A stretch of DNA of 64,000 nt. Source: Phycisphaerae bacterium (lineage in GTDB: Bacteria; Planctomycetota; Phycisphaerae; UBA1845; Fen-1342). The stretch is taken from the NCBI GenBank assembly GCA_050115495.1, contig JASFQK010000007.1, forward strand, positions 32,001 through 96,000, in the 5' to 3' direction. The position numbers and the translations under genes are program-made. The notes beneath the pieces are model-generated. The model made no database searches and was not told where the DNA came from. It was given only the letters and a program-made list of their open reading frames with translations. Below, one piece after another: positions 8,070 to 17,747 of this stretch (positions are counted from its first letter, which is position 1; each line of letters begins with the position of its first letter).

Positions 8070-10271
8070 TTACGGTGTGCTGCTGCTCACGAACGGCTTC
8101 TGCTCCGGCGCCAGCACGAAGGCAAAAGACGCGTGAGCGTCGTACTTCCACAGGCGGCTCCAGCCGTTCGTCGCCGTCGCCCACACGTGCAGGTGTTCGC
8201 CGAACCCGGCGATCGAGCACTTGCCAAGCAGATCCACCACCGTCTGGGTGTTCGACTTCACGCCCGGCTCAGGGACTGCCGTGCCCTCGTCCGGCAGCGT
8301 AGGCGCGGAGCCCGGCGGCAGCGAAAGAACATGAACGCCGCGCTGCACCCGGAACCGGTACGTGGCGAAACCGTTCGGGTGGTTCGGCGCGTACGTCATC
8401 GTGACCGAACTCGAAGCCTTCGGACCATACTCCATCACGCCGCAGTCGTCGCCGGCGGGCACACCGTCCAGATTCGGCGCCGGGATGACCGCGCTGCACT
8501 CGTTGTTGTCGATGTGCAACATCATGACGAAGCTGTTGCCGACCACGAGCCCCAGGTCTGCTGCATCAGAGGTCTCGATGTCGCCCATGATGTCCCCCAC
8601 ATCAGGCACCCGGTACGTGATGCCCTTGGCCGCGATGTCCACCGGGTTCCCGCTCGCATCGAACAGGTCGATCTTGAGCTGGTACTTGCCGTGCTCCGCC
8701 GCCGGCGCCAGGTCCTCCGTGGGGAACTTCGCGCTCGACGTGTCCTCGACAACGTTCGGCAGGCTCCACCACCCCAGCGGCGGCGCCGCCGGCGGAATCT
8801 CGAACAAATCCGGCGTACCGTTGACAACGTGCGGCCCGAGCGGAAAGACCTCCAGCACCAGGTCATCGCCAACCTCATGCGTGTAGTGGCGCACCACCGC
8901 ACTCGACAGCGGAACGTACGCCGGCGTTGGAGCGGTCGGGTCGTTCGGCGCCTTCCGGTACGACACCCGGTAGTACTTCACGCCCAGCGTCTCCCGCAGA
9001 CTGCTGTCGAACTCGATCCGCGGACGCAGCAGGCCACCGAACGGAGCCCCCGTATCCGTCAGCCCGCGATTCTCGTCGGTCGTCGCGCCCTGGAGATCCT
9101 CGCTCGATCCGTGGATCCTGCTCAGCGGGTGATTGCCGATTGCCAGAACCAGCACCCAATCGGGCGGGGCGTTCACCGGCGGACACGGCGCACACGTCCG
9201 CGCCAGTGGGTGTCCCGTGTACAGCGTGACCTCCGTGCCGCACACGTAATTCCAGTGCGTGCAGCAGAACACCGGTTTGGGCTCGTAGATCATGATTGGC
9301 AGGAATTGCGGAATCGGCGGCCCGGGCACAATCGGCTGGTCCGAGTGGAAGATGAACTGCTTCGCCTTGAAATACAGATCCGGCTGGTCCGGATTGCCAC
9401 ACCCGCGGAAGAAGAGCGCCTTGAACTGCCCGCACGCGTCGGTCGTCGCCGTGGCCACCAGCCTCTTCGTGACCGGGTATTGCACCCAGCACAGCACAGG
9501 CCGCACAAACTCCGCATACGACAGCAGCTCCTGGCGGAATTGGCTTAAGCTCGCCGTCTGCGCCATGTACTGCAGCTCTGTCGGGATCGACCCCGACAAG
9601 GGCTGCGGCTCAACCGCCGGCAACGACAACGCCACTGACACTGCCGAGATCGACTTCATGATCGGGCCGGGATCGGGCCGGGGCCCTGGCTTCGGTGGAA
9701 CCCGCTCCAGCGGGAACGGCGGGAGTGGCTCCGGGAATAGCAGCCTGTGCCGGATCTTCTCGATGATGTAGTCCGGCAGCCGAGCCACGACGATCGGCCA
9801 GGGGTCGACTTCGTATACCTCCACGAGCGCATGACAGACCGGCAGGTCGACGTACGCGCCGTCCTGCTCGACCCGTTTCAGCAGCTTGCCGCGCACGGCG
9901 CACGCGCTCTTCACCCAACACAGCCACGACTCGGGGATTACGCGCATCTCCAGGACCAATTCACGCTTGTCCGACTCGACTCGCACAAACTGCCGCTCCG
10001 CCCCCCGGCGCTTCAGTTCCCCGACCGTGGCCGCCTCTTTCTCCACGCCGGGCCCCACCATCACCTGGACGCGTTGCGCGCTGTCCAGCGCCGGAAGCGT
10101 CAGCGCCGCGACCCCCTTCGCATCCACATCAGCCATGGCCAGCAAGCGCCCTCCGGCCGAGAACGCGTAGACCACGGCGCGCGGCACTTCCTTGGCCCCC
10201 TTCGACTCCATCAGGTCCACGTTGACCCGTAGTGACACCCCCCTGGAACCAGCCCCACTCTGTTCAGACAT
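8070..10271 (-). CDS. Hypothetical protein, 733 aa, Pro-rich linker, likely beta-rich
   Basis: Long ORF with strong RBS (AAGGAGG) and typical codon use; no family recognised with confidence. Confidence 0.8.
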   Translation of the reverse strand: MSEQSGAGSRGVSLRVNVDLMESKGAKEVPRAVVYAFSAGGRLLAMADVDAKGVAALTLPALDSAQRVQVMVGPGVEKEAATVGELKRRGAERQFVRVESDKRELVLEMRVIPESWLCWVKSACAVRGKLLKRVEQDGAYVDLPVCHALVEVYEVDPWPIVVARLPDYIIEKIRHRLLFPEPLPPFPLERVPPKPGPRPDPGPIMKSISAVSVALSLPAVEPQPLSGSIPTELQYMAQTASLSQFRQELLSYAEFVRPVLCWVQYPVTKRLVATATTDACGQFKALFFRGCGNPDQPDLYFKAKQFIFHSDQPIVPGPPIPQFLPIMIYEPKPVFCCTHWNYVCGTEVTLYTGHPLARTCAPCPPVNAPPDWVLVLAIGNHPLSRIHGSSEDLQGATTDENRGLTDTGAPFGGLLRPRIEFDSSLRETLGVKYYRVSYRKAPNDPTAPTPAYVPLSSAVVRHYTHEVGDDLVLEVFPLGPHVVNGTPDLFEIPPAAPPLGWWSLPNVVEDTSSAKFPTEDLAPAAEHGKYQLKIDLFDASGNPVDIAAKGITYRVPDVGDIMGDIETSDAADLGLVVGNSFVMMLHIDNNECSAVIPAPNLDGVPAGDDCGVMEYGPKASSSVTMTYAPNHPNGFATYRFRVQRGVHVLSLPPGSAPTLPDEGTAVPEPGVKSNTQTVVDLLGKCSIAGFGEHLHVWATATNGWSRLWKYDAHASFAFVLAPEQKPFVSSSTP

Positions 10272-10571
10272 GACCTCATCCTCCTTACCTCTTGGCGCAG
10301 GAACGCCGATGTGTAGGAAACAAACAGCGCAAGCGAGACGTGTTCGACGTGAGGTGCTTACGCTCCGGCCCTGATGATTTCCCGTATACGCAACAACGTC
10401 TCAACCGTCAAGCGCAGATCGCGGCATTCCACTGAATACCACGACACAATGCCCAGCGCGTCACCCACCCGGCCCACGGCATGGTCGTCGGCGCACGGTA
10501 TTACCTTGCGACCATATCGCCGCGCTGTAGTCTCAATGTGCTACGTTGTTGTTTTGTTGCTCGACCGGCGC

Positions 10572-12635
10572 CTACTGCTCAGACAACGGCCGGATCTTGA
10601 TGTTCCGATACCACACCTGGTCACCGTGATCCTGAAGCACGATGTGCCCTTCTTTCATCAGACCATAATTCGGCCAGGCGCTGAACTTGCTCTCCGCCAC
10701 GAGCTTCTTCCACTCGTCCGTCCACAACTCGCACTCGACCACCTTCACACCGTTGAGCCAGTGCTCGATGTGCGGCCCCTTCGCCACGATGCGCACTTCG
10801 TTGAACAGCCCCACCGGCCGCGTCACGTCCCGCGCCGGTGCGTACAGCGCGTAATTCGAGCCGGCCGACGTCAGCGCGTTGCGCCCGTCGGCATGCTCCG
10901 CGTTGTCCAGCACCTGCATCTCCGGCCCGGTGAAGAACGGCCAGTCGAAATCCTCGTTCACGCGGTAGAAGATGCCGCTGTTCCCGCCGGCACAGATCCG
11001 CCACTCCAGCTTCAGCTCGAAATCCTTGAACGAGTCCGTTGTGATGATGTCGCTCGCCGAGCCCACGCGCACCAGGCAACCGTCACGCACCGCCCAACCC
11101 GTGGGCATGGTCTCCTGCCGATACCCACGCCAGCCGTCCGTCGTCTTCCCGTCGAACAGCAGCTTCCACCCCTCCGCCTTCTCCGTATCCGTCAGGAAGT
11201 TCTGCGGTGCCGCCGCCGCCGGCGTCAGCACCTTGCCCGCCGGACCCTGCGGCAACTGCGTCAGCGTGTACCACGCCTCCGTGCTCCACGGCCGCTGCCC
11301 ATCTTCCGACACGCACGGCGGCAACAGCCGCAGGTACACCACATGCCCTGGCTTCAGCCCCTCCATCTCCACGAAAACCGTCTTCCGATCTGCTGACACC
11401 GACACCGACTTCACCGGGTACCGCACGCCGTCCCGCCGCGGCGGCCCCTGCTTCGTCACATCAAACGGCAACTGCTCGACGTAATACGAGTCCGCCTCCC
11501 ACCCGCACCGCGCATCCAGCGGCTTGGTGAACTCAATCTCGAACCCGTTCGACAGAGCCCGCACCGCCCGCATCTCGAACACATCCTGCCCGCTCGGCTC
11601 GATATAGTCCGGCTCCATTCCCGCCAGACCGGACGCCCTCGCCAGCAACACTCCCTTCGCTACCGGCGAAACACGGTGCCCCTCACCCGGGACGACAGCA
11701 AAGCGCAGAGCGCAACCAATCGTGCCAGTATCCGCCGATTCGCAACAAATGCGGTACAACTCGTTCGTCTTCGTACCCGCCGCCACGTACTGGCCGGCAT
11801 ACAGCCCTTCTCCGAGCGACGCTGTCGTGATCTCCCCCGGCGGCGTCGTGCACCACGGCAGCCAGACGAACGCCCCGGCCTTTCCGTCCGCCGCCTCGGC
11901 CCGTACGTCGATCGCCGGCGCCTCCGCGCCGTTCTGCCCCCGATCGCGGTCGTGAACCGTCGCCAGCTTGAACGCCGGATTCATGCCCGCCACCGGCGAA
12001 CCGTCGCCCGGCAAGCCGCGCCGCAGCGGCGGAATGATCGCCTTCCTGCCCCGCGCCGCTTCGAGCGACGCATCCGCCTCGTGGCTCAGCACGTCCGCCG
12101 GTATGACCGCATAGTCCGCGTTGGCTTTCCCGCCCAGCGTGCACCATTCCAGCCTAAGCGCCGCCCCGCCACCGCCCTGGAAATGCCGCACGCGCAGCGT
12201 ATGCGGCCCGGCCGCCAGCGCCACCTCCATACCCTTGGGCTCCGCACTGTGCAAGCCGTCATAGTCGATTACCAGCAGCCCGTCGATCCAGAGCTGGCTG
12301 CCGTCATCGCTGCTCAACCGCAATCCATACAGGCCGTCCTCACTGATATTGAAGAAGCCCGTGATCTCGGTCAGAAAACGATCCGACAGCGGGTCGAAAT
12401 CACCGCGCTCGCTGTCCAGGTCGATCGTCGGCACGACCTTCGCCACGCTCGGCGTCTGTCCCGCGGCCAGCTCCGGCAGGAAGTACATCGTCTCGCCGAT
12501 CTCGTAGAAACGTGCCACGAGCCCGGGAGCGGTCGCATCACCCGCCTGTACCGTCGTGAACACGCCACCGAAGCAGAGAACCAGAAGCGCCGCCGTCAGT
12601 GTGGTGCAATGTCTGTACATGTTGCCTTTCCTCAT
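10572..12635 (-). CDS. Secreted PA14-domain + DUF1080 (3-keto-disaccharide hydrolase-like) protein
   Basis: Signal peptide; PA14 motif LSSDDGSQLWIDG; DUF1080 motifs GWKLLFDGKT, GNSGIFY, GPEMQVLD, GHIVLQDHG..VWYRNIKIR. Confidence 0.85.
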   Translation of the reverse strand: MRKGNMYRHCTTLTAALLVLCFGGVFTTVQAGDATAPGLVARFYEIGETMYFLPELAAGQTPSVAKVVPTIDLDSERGDFDPLSDRFLTEITGFFNISEDGLYGLRLSSDDGSQLWIDGLLVIDYDGLHSAEPKGMEVALAAGPHTLRVRHFQGGGGAALRLEWCTLGGKANADYAVIPADVLSHEADASLEAARGRKAIIPPLRRGLPGDGSPVAGMNPAFKLATVHDRDRGQNGAEAPAIDVRAEAADGKAGAFVWLPWCTTPPGEITTASLGEGLYAGQYVAAGTKTNELYRICCESADTGTIGCALRFAVVPGEGHRVSPVAKGVLLARASGLAGMEPDYIEPSGQDVFEMRAVRALSNGFEIEFTKPLDARCGWEADSYYVEQLPFDVTKQGPPRRDGVRYPVKSVSVSADRKTVFVEMEGLKPGHVVYLRLLPPCVSEDGQRPWSTEAWYTLTQLPQGPAGKVLTPAAAAPQNFLTDTEKAEGWKLLFDGKTTDGWRGYRQETMPTGWAVRDGCLVRVGSASDIITTDSFKDFELKLEWRICAGGNSGIFYRVNEDFDWPFFTGPEMQVLDNAEHADGRNALTSAGSNYALYAPARDVTRPVGLFNEVRIVAKGPHIEHWLNGVKVVECELWTDEWKKLVAESKFSAWPNYGLMKEGHIVLQDHGDQVWYRNIKIRPLSEQ

Positions 12636-12678
12636 TTCAAACCGCGGCCCGCCACCCAGCGCGCCGCAGGGGTTCTTC

Positions 12679-15276
12679 TCACGGTTCCGTCGAGAAGCGG
12701 AGCCCCGTCAGCGGCTCACCGTCCGGCCCGCGCACGCCGCACGAGAACCCCCAGCCGCCGTTGCCCTGCACAACCTTGAGCATGACCGTGTTCCAGCCCT
12801 GCTCGAGCGCGACCGGAACTTTGTCCTGCCCAATCGTGTGTGCCCGCGCCGCCTCGTTGCTGTGCACGAGCGCGCCGTTCAGCCACGCCCTCACCCCGTC
12901 GTCGCTGCCGATCTCCAGCCGCGCCGCCTGGGCCTGCGGCGAATACACCCGCGCCCGCACGTACAGGCAGCAGTTCTCGCACCAAGTCAGTTGCGTCAAG
13001 TCGAATGCCCACGGATTCTCCGTCGGCCCCGCCGGCAGCGCCTGCCACAGCAATCGCGCCTCACCCGCCTCCTCCGGCGGAAACGCCAGATCGAACATCT
13101 CCTCGTAGCTCTGCTTCTGACTCGTGAACGGGCCGGCGAAACGCCACACGCCGATGTAACCCTCGTACTGGTCGATGAGCTTCATGGCGTCGGTCACGCG
13201 CTCGCGCACCGTGTCCGCCCCCGGAGAGGACAGCACCTCTTCCATCGTCTTCATCGCCAGTTCGCGGTCCTGCCCGGCCAAGCCGCGGGCGACGTGCACC
13301 GCCGCCGCCGCCGCCTCATGACAGAGTGTCTTGTCACCCAGATACGGCCGAATCTCCTCCAGCGTCTCAGGCAAGATCACCTCGCCGAGTGCACTGAGCA
13401 CGAGCTTCTTCTCGTTGTCCGCCTGGGCCAGCTCCGCCGCCACGTGCAGCCGGGCGAGCGTATCCGCCGCCGCCCGGTCACTCGGCAGACGCAGCAAGCG
13501 CACGTACCCGCGCAGCGCCAGCACCCGATGCGTTTCCCGCTCACCCTCGCGCGCCAGCGTCAGCAGGTCCTCGAGCACGCTCGTATCTTCCCACCCGGCC
13601 AGCGCCCGCACAGCCGCGATCGCCACATCCTCATCACTGTCGTGCACCGCCTCGCGGATCGCCGCCAGCGCCGCCGCCCCCTGCAACCGGCCGAGCACCC
13701 GCACCAGCGAAGCCCGCGCCGCCCCTGTCGTCTCCGGCAAGGCCGCCAGCACCGGCTGCGCGCGTTGCTCGCGGTCAGCGCTCCGCTGACACACCGCCAC
13801 CACAGCGTCCTCACCCGCCCGCTGCACGTCCTCGTCCGTCTCCTTCACCAGGAAGGCGACCAATTGCGGCAACTGCTCGTCCGCCGCCAGCTTGGCCAGC
13901 GTTCCGTAGTTCGCCGTTCGCTCCAGCGCCCCCCAGCCGGCGTGCAACTCCATCAACCGCGGCACCGCTGCCCGGCAGTGTCGCGCCGCCAGCGCCCGCA
14001 CCAGCTCCGCCCGCGTCTCGGCCGCACTCGCCGAGACGATGTTCGTCATGAACGTCTCGTCCACGTCCGGCCCGTACAGCCGCGACAGGCACCACCGCGC
14101 GGCCTCCTGCTCCTCCCCGCTCAAGCTCGCCGCCAGCTCGGCCACCGGCACCACGTCCTCCGCCCCGCCCACACCGGGCAGCGACCGCAGCGCCGCGCCG
14201 CGTGCCTCCGCCGCTTCCACCGTCCGGTACATGTGCGTAACCGTCTCGCGCGCTTCCGCCTCCGGACGCTTCGCCAGCTCCTCGATAATCGCCGCCTGCA
14301 CTTCCGGCGTGGTGGTGTAGATGCTCTCGATCAACAGCTCCGTCACCGCCGGTCCGTCGATCCTCCCCAGCAACCGCACAGCGGTGATGCGCACTTGTGC
14401 GGCCTGCGCGAGACCGATCATCGGCGGCAGCTTATCGAGCATCGTCCCGTCGCTGGCCGCCACCGCGCCGCGCAGCGCCGCCAGTCGCGTCGTCCCGCGC
14501 AGCGCCGCCCCGTAAAGCTGGAAGTAGATCGCCACGGCCCCTTCCTCATCCCCCGCCGCCAGCAGCGTATCAGCGATGCGCAGCACCGCCGTCGCCGCCT
14601 CTTCACGCCGCGGATTGTCCGGCGACCACCACATTTCGTACAAAGCCCCCGTCGCCGCCTTGCCTCCGATGTCGCCCAGCGCCGCCACGGCCGCCCGCGA
14701 CACACCGTCATCCTCGCTACGTGTCAGCTCGATCAGCCGCGGCACACTGGCCTCATCCCGCCGCGCCGCCAGCGCGTTCACGCACGCGATCTGCCACACC
14801 GGCTCGTCCGTCTTGCCCAGTTCCGCCCGCAGGCTCACCGCCGCCGCTTCCGACGGATTGTTCTGGAGCGCCCGCCGCGCCGCCTCACGAATCAGCGGCT
14901 CCTCATCGCTCAGCAAACCCGTCAGTGCCGGCACGCATTCCCCACCGCCCACGTGGTCGAGCTGCCGCACGAGCCACTCGCGCGCCGCCAGCGGCGTCTG
15001 CTCGCCGAGGTGTCCCACCATCACCTCACACAGCGCCCGCCGCTCTTCCTCATGTCCCGGCGCAGCCGCGTGCAGACACAGGTCGTTCAGCTCCCGCTGC
15101 GGCTCGTACCGGTCGGTCACGACCTCTGCGGCCAGACCGTGAATGAGCCGACTGACCGCCTCTTCATAGTTGGCCGCCGTCCCCGCCGGCGCAGCCGGCG
15201 CCCCGCGATGCTGCACGCACGACGCCGACAGCAGCATGATCCCCGACAACACGAAAGCGATGATTACGCGCTTCAT
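12679..15276 (-). CDS. HEAT-repeat lipoprotein with C-terminal PA14-like domain
   Basis: Start placed at MKRVIIAF; lipobox LLSASC; many Ala/Leu/Arg helical repeats; C-terminal IGSDDGVRAWLNG..GWNTVMLKV. Confidence 0.8.
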   Translation of the reverse strand: MKRVIIAFVLSGIMLLSASCVQHRGAPAAPAGTAANYEEAVSRLIHGLAAEVVTDRYEPQRELNDLCLHAAAPGHEEERRALCEVMVGHLGEQTPLAAREWLVRQLDHVGGGECVPALTGLLSDEEPLIREAARRALQNNPSEAAAVSLRAELGKTDEPVWQIACVNALAARRDEASVPRLIELTRSEDDGVSRAAVAALGDIGGKAATGALYEMWWSPDNPRREEAATAVLRIADTLLAAGDEEGAVAIYFQLYGAALRGTTRLAALRGAVAASDGTMLDKLPPMIGLAQAAQVRITAVRLLGRIDGPAVTELLIESIYTTTPEVQAAIIEELAKRPEAEARETVTHMYRTVEAAEARGAALRSLPGVGGAEDVVPVAELAASLSGEEQEAARWCLSRLYGPDVDETFMTNIVSASAAETRAELVRALAARHCRAAVPRLMELHAGWGALERTANYGTLAKLAADEQLPQLVAFLVKETDEDVQRAGEDAVVAVCQRSADREQRAQPVLAALPETTGAARASLVRVLGRLQGAAALAAIREAVHDSDEDVAIAAVRALAGWEDTSVLEDLLTLAREGERETHRVLALRGYVRLLRLPSDRAAADTLARLHVAAELAQADNEKKLVLSALGEVILPETLEEIRPYLGDKTLCHEAAAAAVHVARGLAGQDRELAMKTMEEVLSSPGADTVRERVTDAMKLIDQYEGYIGVWRFAGPFTSQKQSYEEMFDLAFPPEEAGEARLLWQALPAGPTENPWAFDLTQLTWCENCCLYVRARVYSPQAQAARLEIGSDDGVRAWLNGALVHSNEAARAHTIGQDKVPVALEQGWNTVMLKVVQGNGGWGFSCGVRGPDGEPLTGLRFSTEP

Positions 15277-15289
15277 GATGAGCCTCGCT

Positions 15290-16582
15290 TCACGGATACA
15301 GGCGCCAGGGGGCCCGCTTCGGCCGGTCCAGCCAGCGTGCCGCCGCTTCATCGCCGATGATCTCCCGCCGCTCCGGATCCCACTTGATCGGCCGCCCCAG
15401 CCAACACGCAATGTTCGCCAGGTGGCACAGCGTGACGGAGCTCGCCCCGATCGCCACGTCGCAGATCGGCCGTCGCCGCCAGCGAACGCAGTTCAACCAA
15501 TCCTGCTGATGCCCGGGGCTGTCGTACAGGTGCAGCTCTTCCGGCCGCGTCGGCTCCCGGATGATCTCCTCGGGCCACGTCTTGAGGTACCCGCGGTTCA
15601 CCTCGATCTTGCCGTCCGTCCCGGTGAACAGAATCCCGTTCACCTTCCCACCCCGGTACAGACGCACGCCGTTCGCATACACCATCGTCAGCATGCTGCC
15701 TTCCGACCCGTCCGGCGGAATGAACTCCACCGGCCCGCTGCCGTCCATCCCCAGGGCCCACTGAGCGATATCGAAGTGATGCGCCCCCCAGTCCGTCGTC
15801 ATCCCGCCCGAATAATCCCGCACGTACCGCCACCCACCCGAGTAGTTCCCGCTGCACCGTTCCGGGTTGTACGGCTGCCACGGCGCCGGCCCCAGCCACC
15901 GCTCCCAATCGAGCCCCTCGGGCACCGGCTCCGGCTTGAACACCTTGTCCGTCGACGGCATGCCGATGTTGACGTGCACGGTCTGTATTCGGCCGATCCG
16001 CCCGTTGCGCACCAGTTCGCACGCAAAGCGGAAGTTCTCCGACGACCGCTGCTGGCTGCCCGTCTGGAAGACGCGGTCGTACCGCCGGGCCGCGTGCACC
16101 ATCTGCTCCGCCTCGCGGACCGTCAGCGTCAGCGGCTTCTCGCAGTACACGTCCTTGCCCGCCGCACACGCCGCCGTGGCGACCAACGTATGCCAGTGGT
16201 CCGGCACCGCAATCAGCACGACGTCGATATCCCGCCGCGCCAGCAGCTCCTCAAATTCGTTGTACAGCGCCACGCCCTTGAACCGGCCGGCGGCCGTCTC
16301 GGCGGCGTAATGCTCCTCGACGCGCTTCCCGGCCGCCTCCCGCTGCCACTGCTTCACGTCGCAGATGGCCACCACCTGCGTCTCTTCGTGGTTGAGGAAG
16401 TAGCCCAGGTGCCCACCACCCATGTTCCCAACACCGATGAAGCCCATCGTCAGCCGCTCGCTCGGCGCCCGCCGCACGCCGCGGCCCAGGGCCGTTGCCG
16501 GCACGAAGTACGGCGCCGCCAGCAGCGCTCCACTGACGCGGAGGAATTGCCGGCGTGTGGTCCGCTTTTCGCTGGACGTCAT
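15290..16582 (-). CDS. Tat-exported Gfo/Idh/MocA family oxidoreductase
   Basis: TRRQFL twin-arginine signal; GFIGVGNMG; PDHWH; YCEKPL; QTGSQQRS; DWGAHHFD. Confidence 0.92.
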   Translation of the reverse strand: MTSSEKRTTRRQFLRVSGALLAAPYFVPATALGRGVRRAPSERLTMGFIGVGNMGGGHLGYFLNHEETQVVAICDVKQWQREAAGKRVEEHYAAETAAGRFKGVALYNEFEELLARRDIDVVLIAVPDHWHTLVATAACAAGKDVYCEKPLTLTVREAEQMVHAARRYDRVFQTGSQQRSSENFRFACELVRNGRIGRIQTVHVNIGMPSTDKVFKPEPVPEGLDWERWLGPAPWQPYNPERCSGNYSGGWRYVRDYSGGMTTDWGAHHFDIAQWALGMDGSGPVEFIPPDGSEGSMLTMVYANGVRLYRGGKVNGILFTGTDGKIEVNRGYLKTWPEEIIREPTRPEELHLYDSPGHQQDWLNCVRWRRRPICDVAIGASSVTLCHLANIACWLGRPIKWDPERREIIGDEAAARWLDRPKRAPWRLYP

Positions 16583-16797
16583 ACCTGCTCTCCGATGACC
16601 TGCCCCTGTCCGACCGACCGCGCATACCACGAGCGGCGATCTCCGGAAAGGTACCGGCTGCACCGCTTTTCGTCATCCCGCCGGCCCCCGAATTCCCCCA
16701 GCCAGCCTTGGCCCAACCCCACCTCCACGGCACAATCTCCTCCAGGCGGGTCGATCGGCGAGCCACCCTCACCGACCCTGCCGGGAAAGGACGCCGC

Positions 16798-16968
16798 ATG
16801 AAACCCAATGGGTGCGAAAGCTGCCGCTTTCGGCGATACGCCGAGCAGCGCCCGACTTCGTGGCTGGCCCGTCTGTGGCGCTGGCACACCCGCTGGTGCC
16901 CAGGCTGGAAAGCCTACCAGAAGACGCTAGCCGAGAAGAACGAAGAGCAATCTGCGCCAAAGGACTAA
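16798..16968 (+). CDS. Small Cys/Trp-rich protein (56 aa)
   Basis: GAAAGGA RBS before ATG 16798; MKPNGCESCRF..LWRWHTRWCPGWKAY. Confidence 0.65.
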   Translation: MKPNGCESCRFRRYAEQRPTSWLARLWRWHTRWCPGWKAYQKTLAEKNEEQSAPKD

Positions 16969-16975
16969 CCGGCCA

Positions 16976-17059
16976 GTTGAAAAAGGGGACTGCCTCCGAC
17001 CCAGACGACGCCGACAACCGCGAGAACCGTAAGCCGAGGTGCCTGTCCCCTTTTTCAAC
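16976..17059. repeat. MITE-like element with 15-bp terminal inverted repeats
   Basis: GTTGAAAAAGGGGAC (16976-16990) / GTCCCCTTTTTCAAC (17045-17059), perfect match. Confidence 0.65.
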
Positions 17060-17079
17060 GGATCCGTCGAGCAACGCCC

Positions 17080-17553
17080 ATGAGCACACCGCGGCCACCA
17101 GGCAGGCTCCACACGCTCAAGCCGGCCGCTCCGGCTCGCGTCCACGTCCTGCTGGCCGCCCTCATGTGGACCGTCGTCGGCTCACTGCTGCTCTATTTTG
17201 GCGCCCGCTGGCTCCTGAACGCGGCCAGTCACGCCGCCTGGCTCTTTCTGGCGGTGGCCGTCATCGTCGGCGTCATCAAGGCTCGCTTCGTCCTCCGGCA
17301 AACGGCGACCCGCACGGTCCACCGCATCCGCACCCGCGGCGACGGGCGTTGCATCGGCGGCTTCCTCTCCGTCCGCACCTGGCTCGTCGTCATCGCCATG
17401 GCCGCCGCCGGCCGCCTGCTCCGCGGCAGCCCCCTGCCCCGCGCAGCCCTCGGTTTCATCTACGCTGCCGTCGGCTCCGCTCTGCTGCTGGCCAGCACCG
17501 CCATCTGGCGCGCCTGGAAACACTGGCCCCCCGACACATCCCCACCTCTGTAG
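17080..17553 (+). CDS. Hypothetical membrane protein (about 4 TM)
   Basis: Four hydrophobic segments; gene-like codon use. Confidence 0.75.
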   Translation: MSTPRPPGRLHTLKPAAPARVHVLLAALMWTVVGSLLLYFGARWLLNAASHAAWLFLAVAVIVGVIKARFVLRQTATRTVHRIRTRGDGRCIGGFLSVRTWLVVIAMAAAGRLLRGSPLPRAALGFIYAAVGSALLLASTAIWRAWKHWPPDTSPPL

Positions 17554-17747
17554 GGCAATCTCAACCCACCCACCACTCGGCGACGCCACGGTGTGCCACT
17601 GCTCTTGAGCAGTGCTGCCCGACAGCGCAACCCGCCCCCGTTCAGCCGAACGTATGATCAGGTCGTCGACAACCCGTGGGGCGGGTTCAACCCGCCGATC
17701 CCCCGCCCCTCAGCACAGCGCCGATTCGCACCGACCACCCGCCCCCT

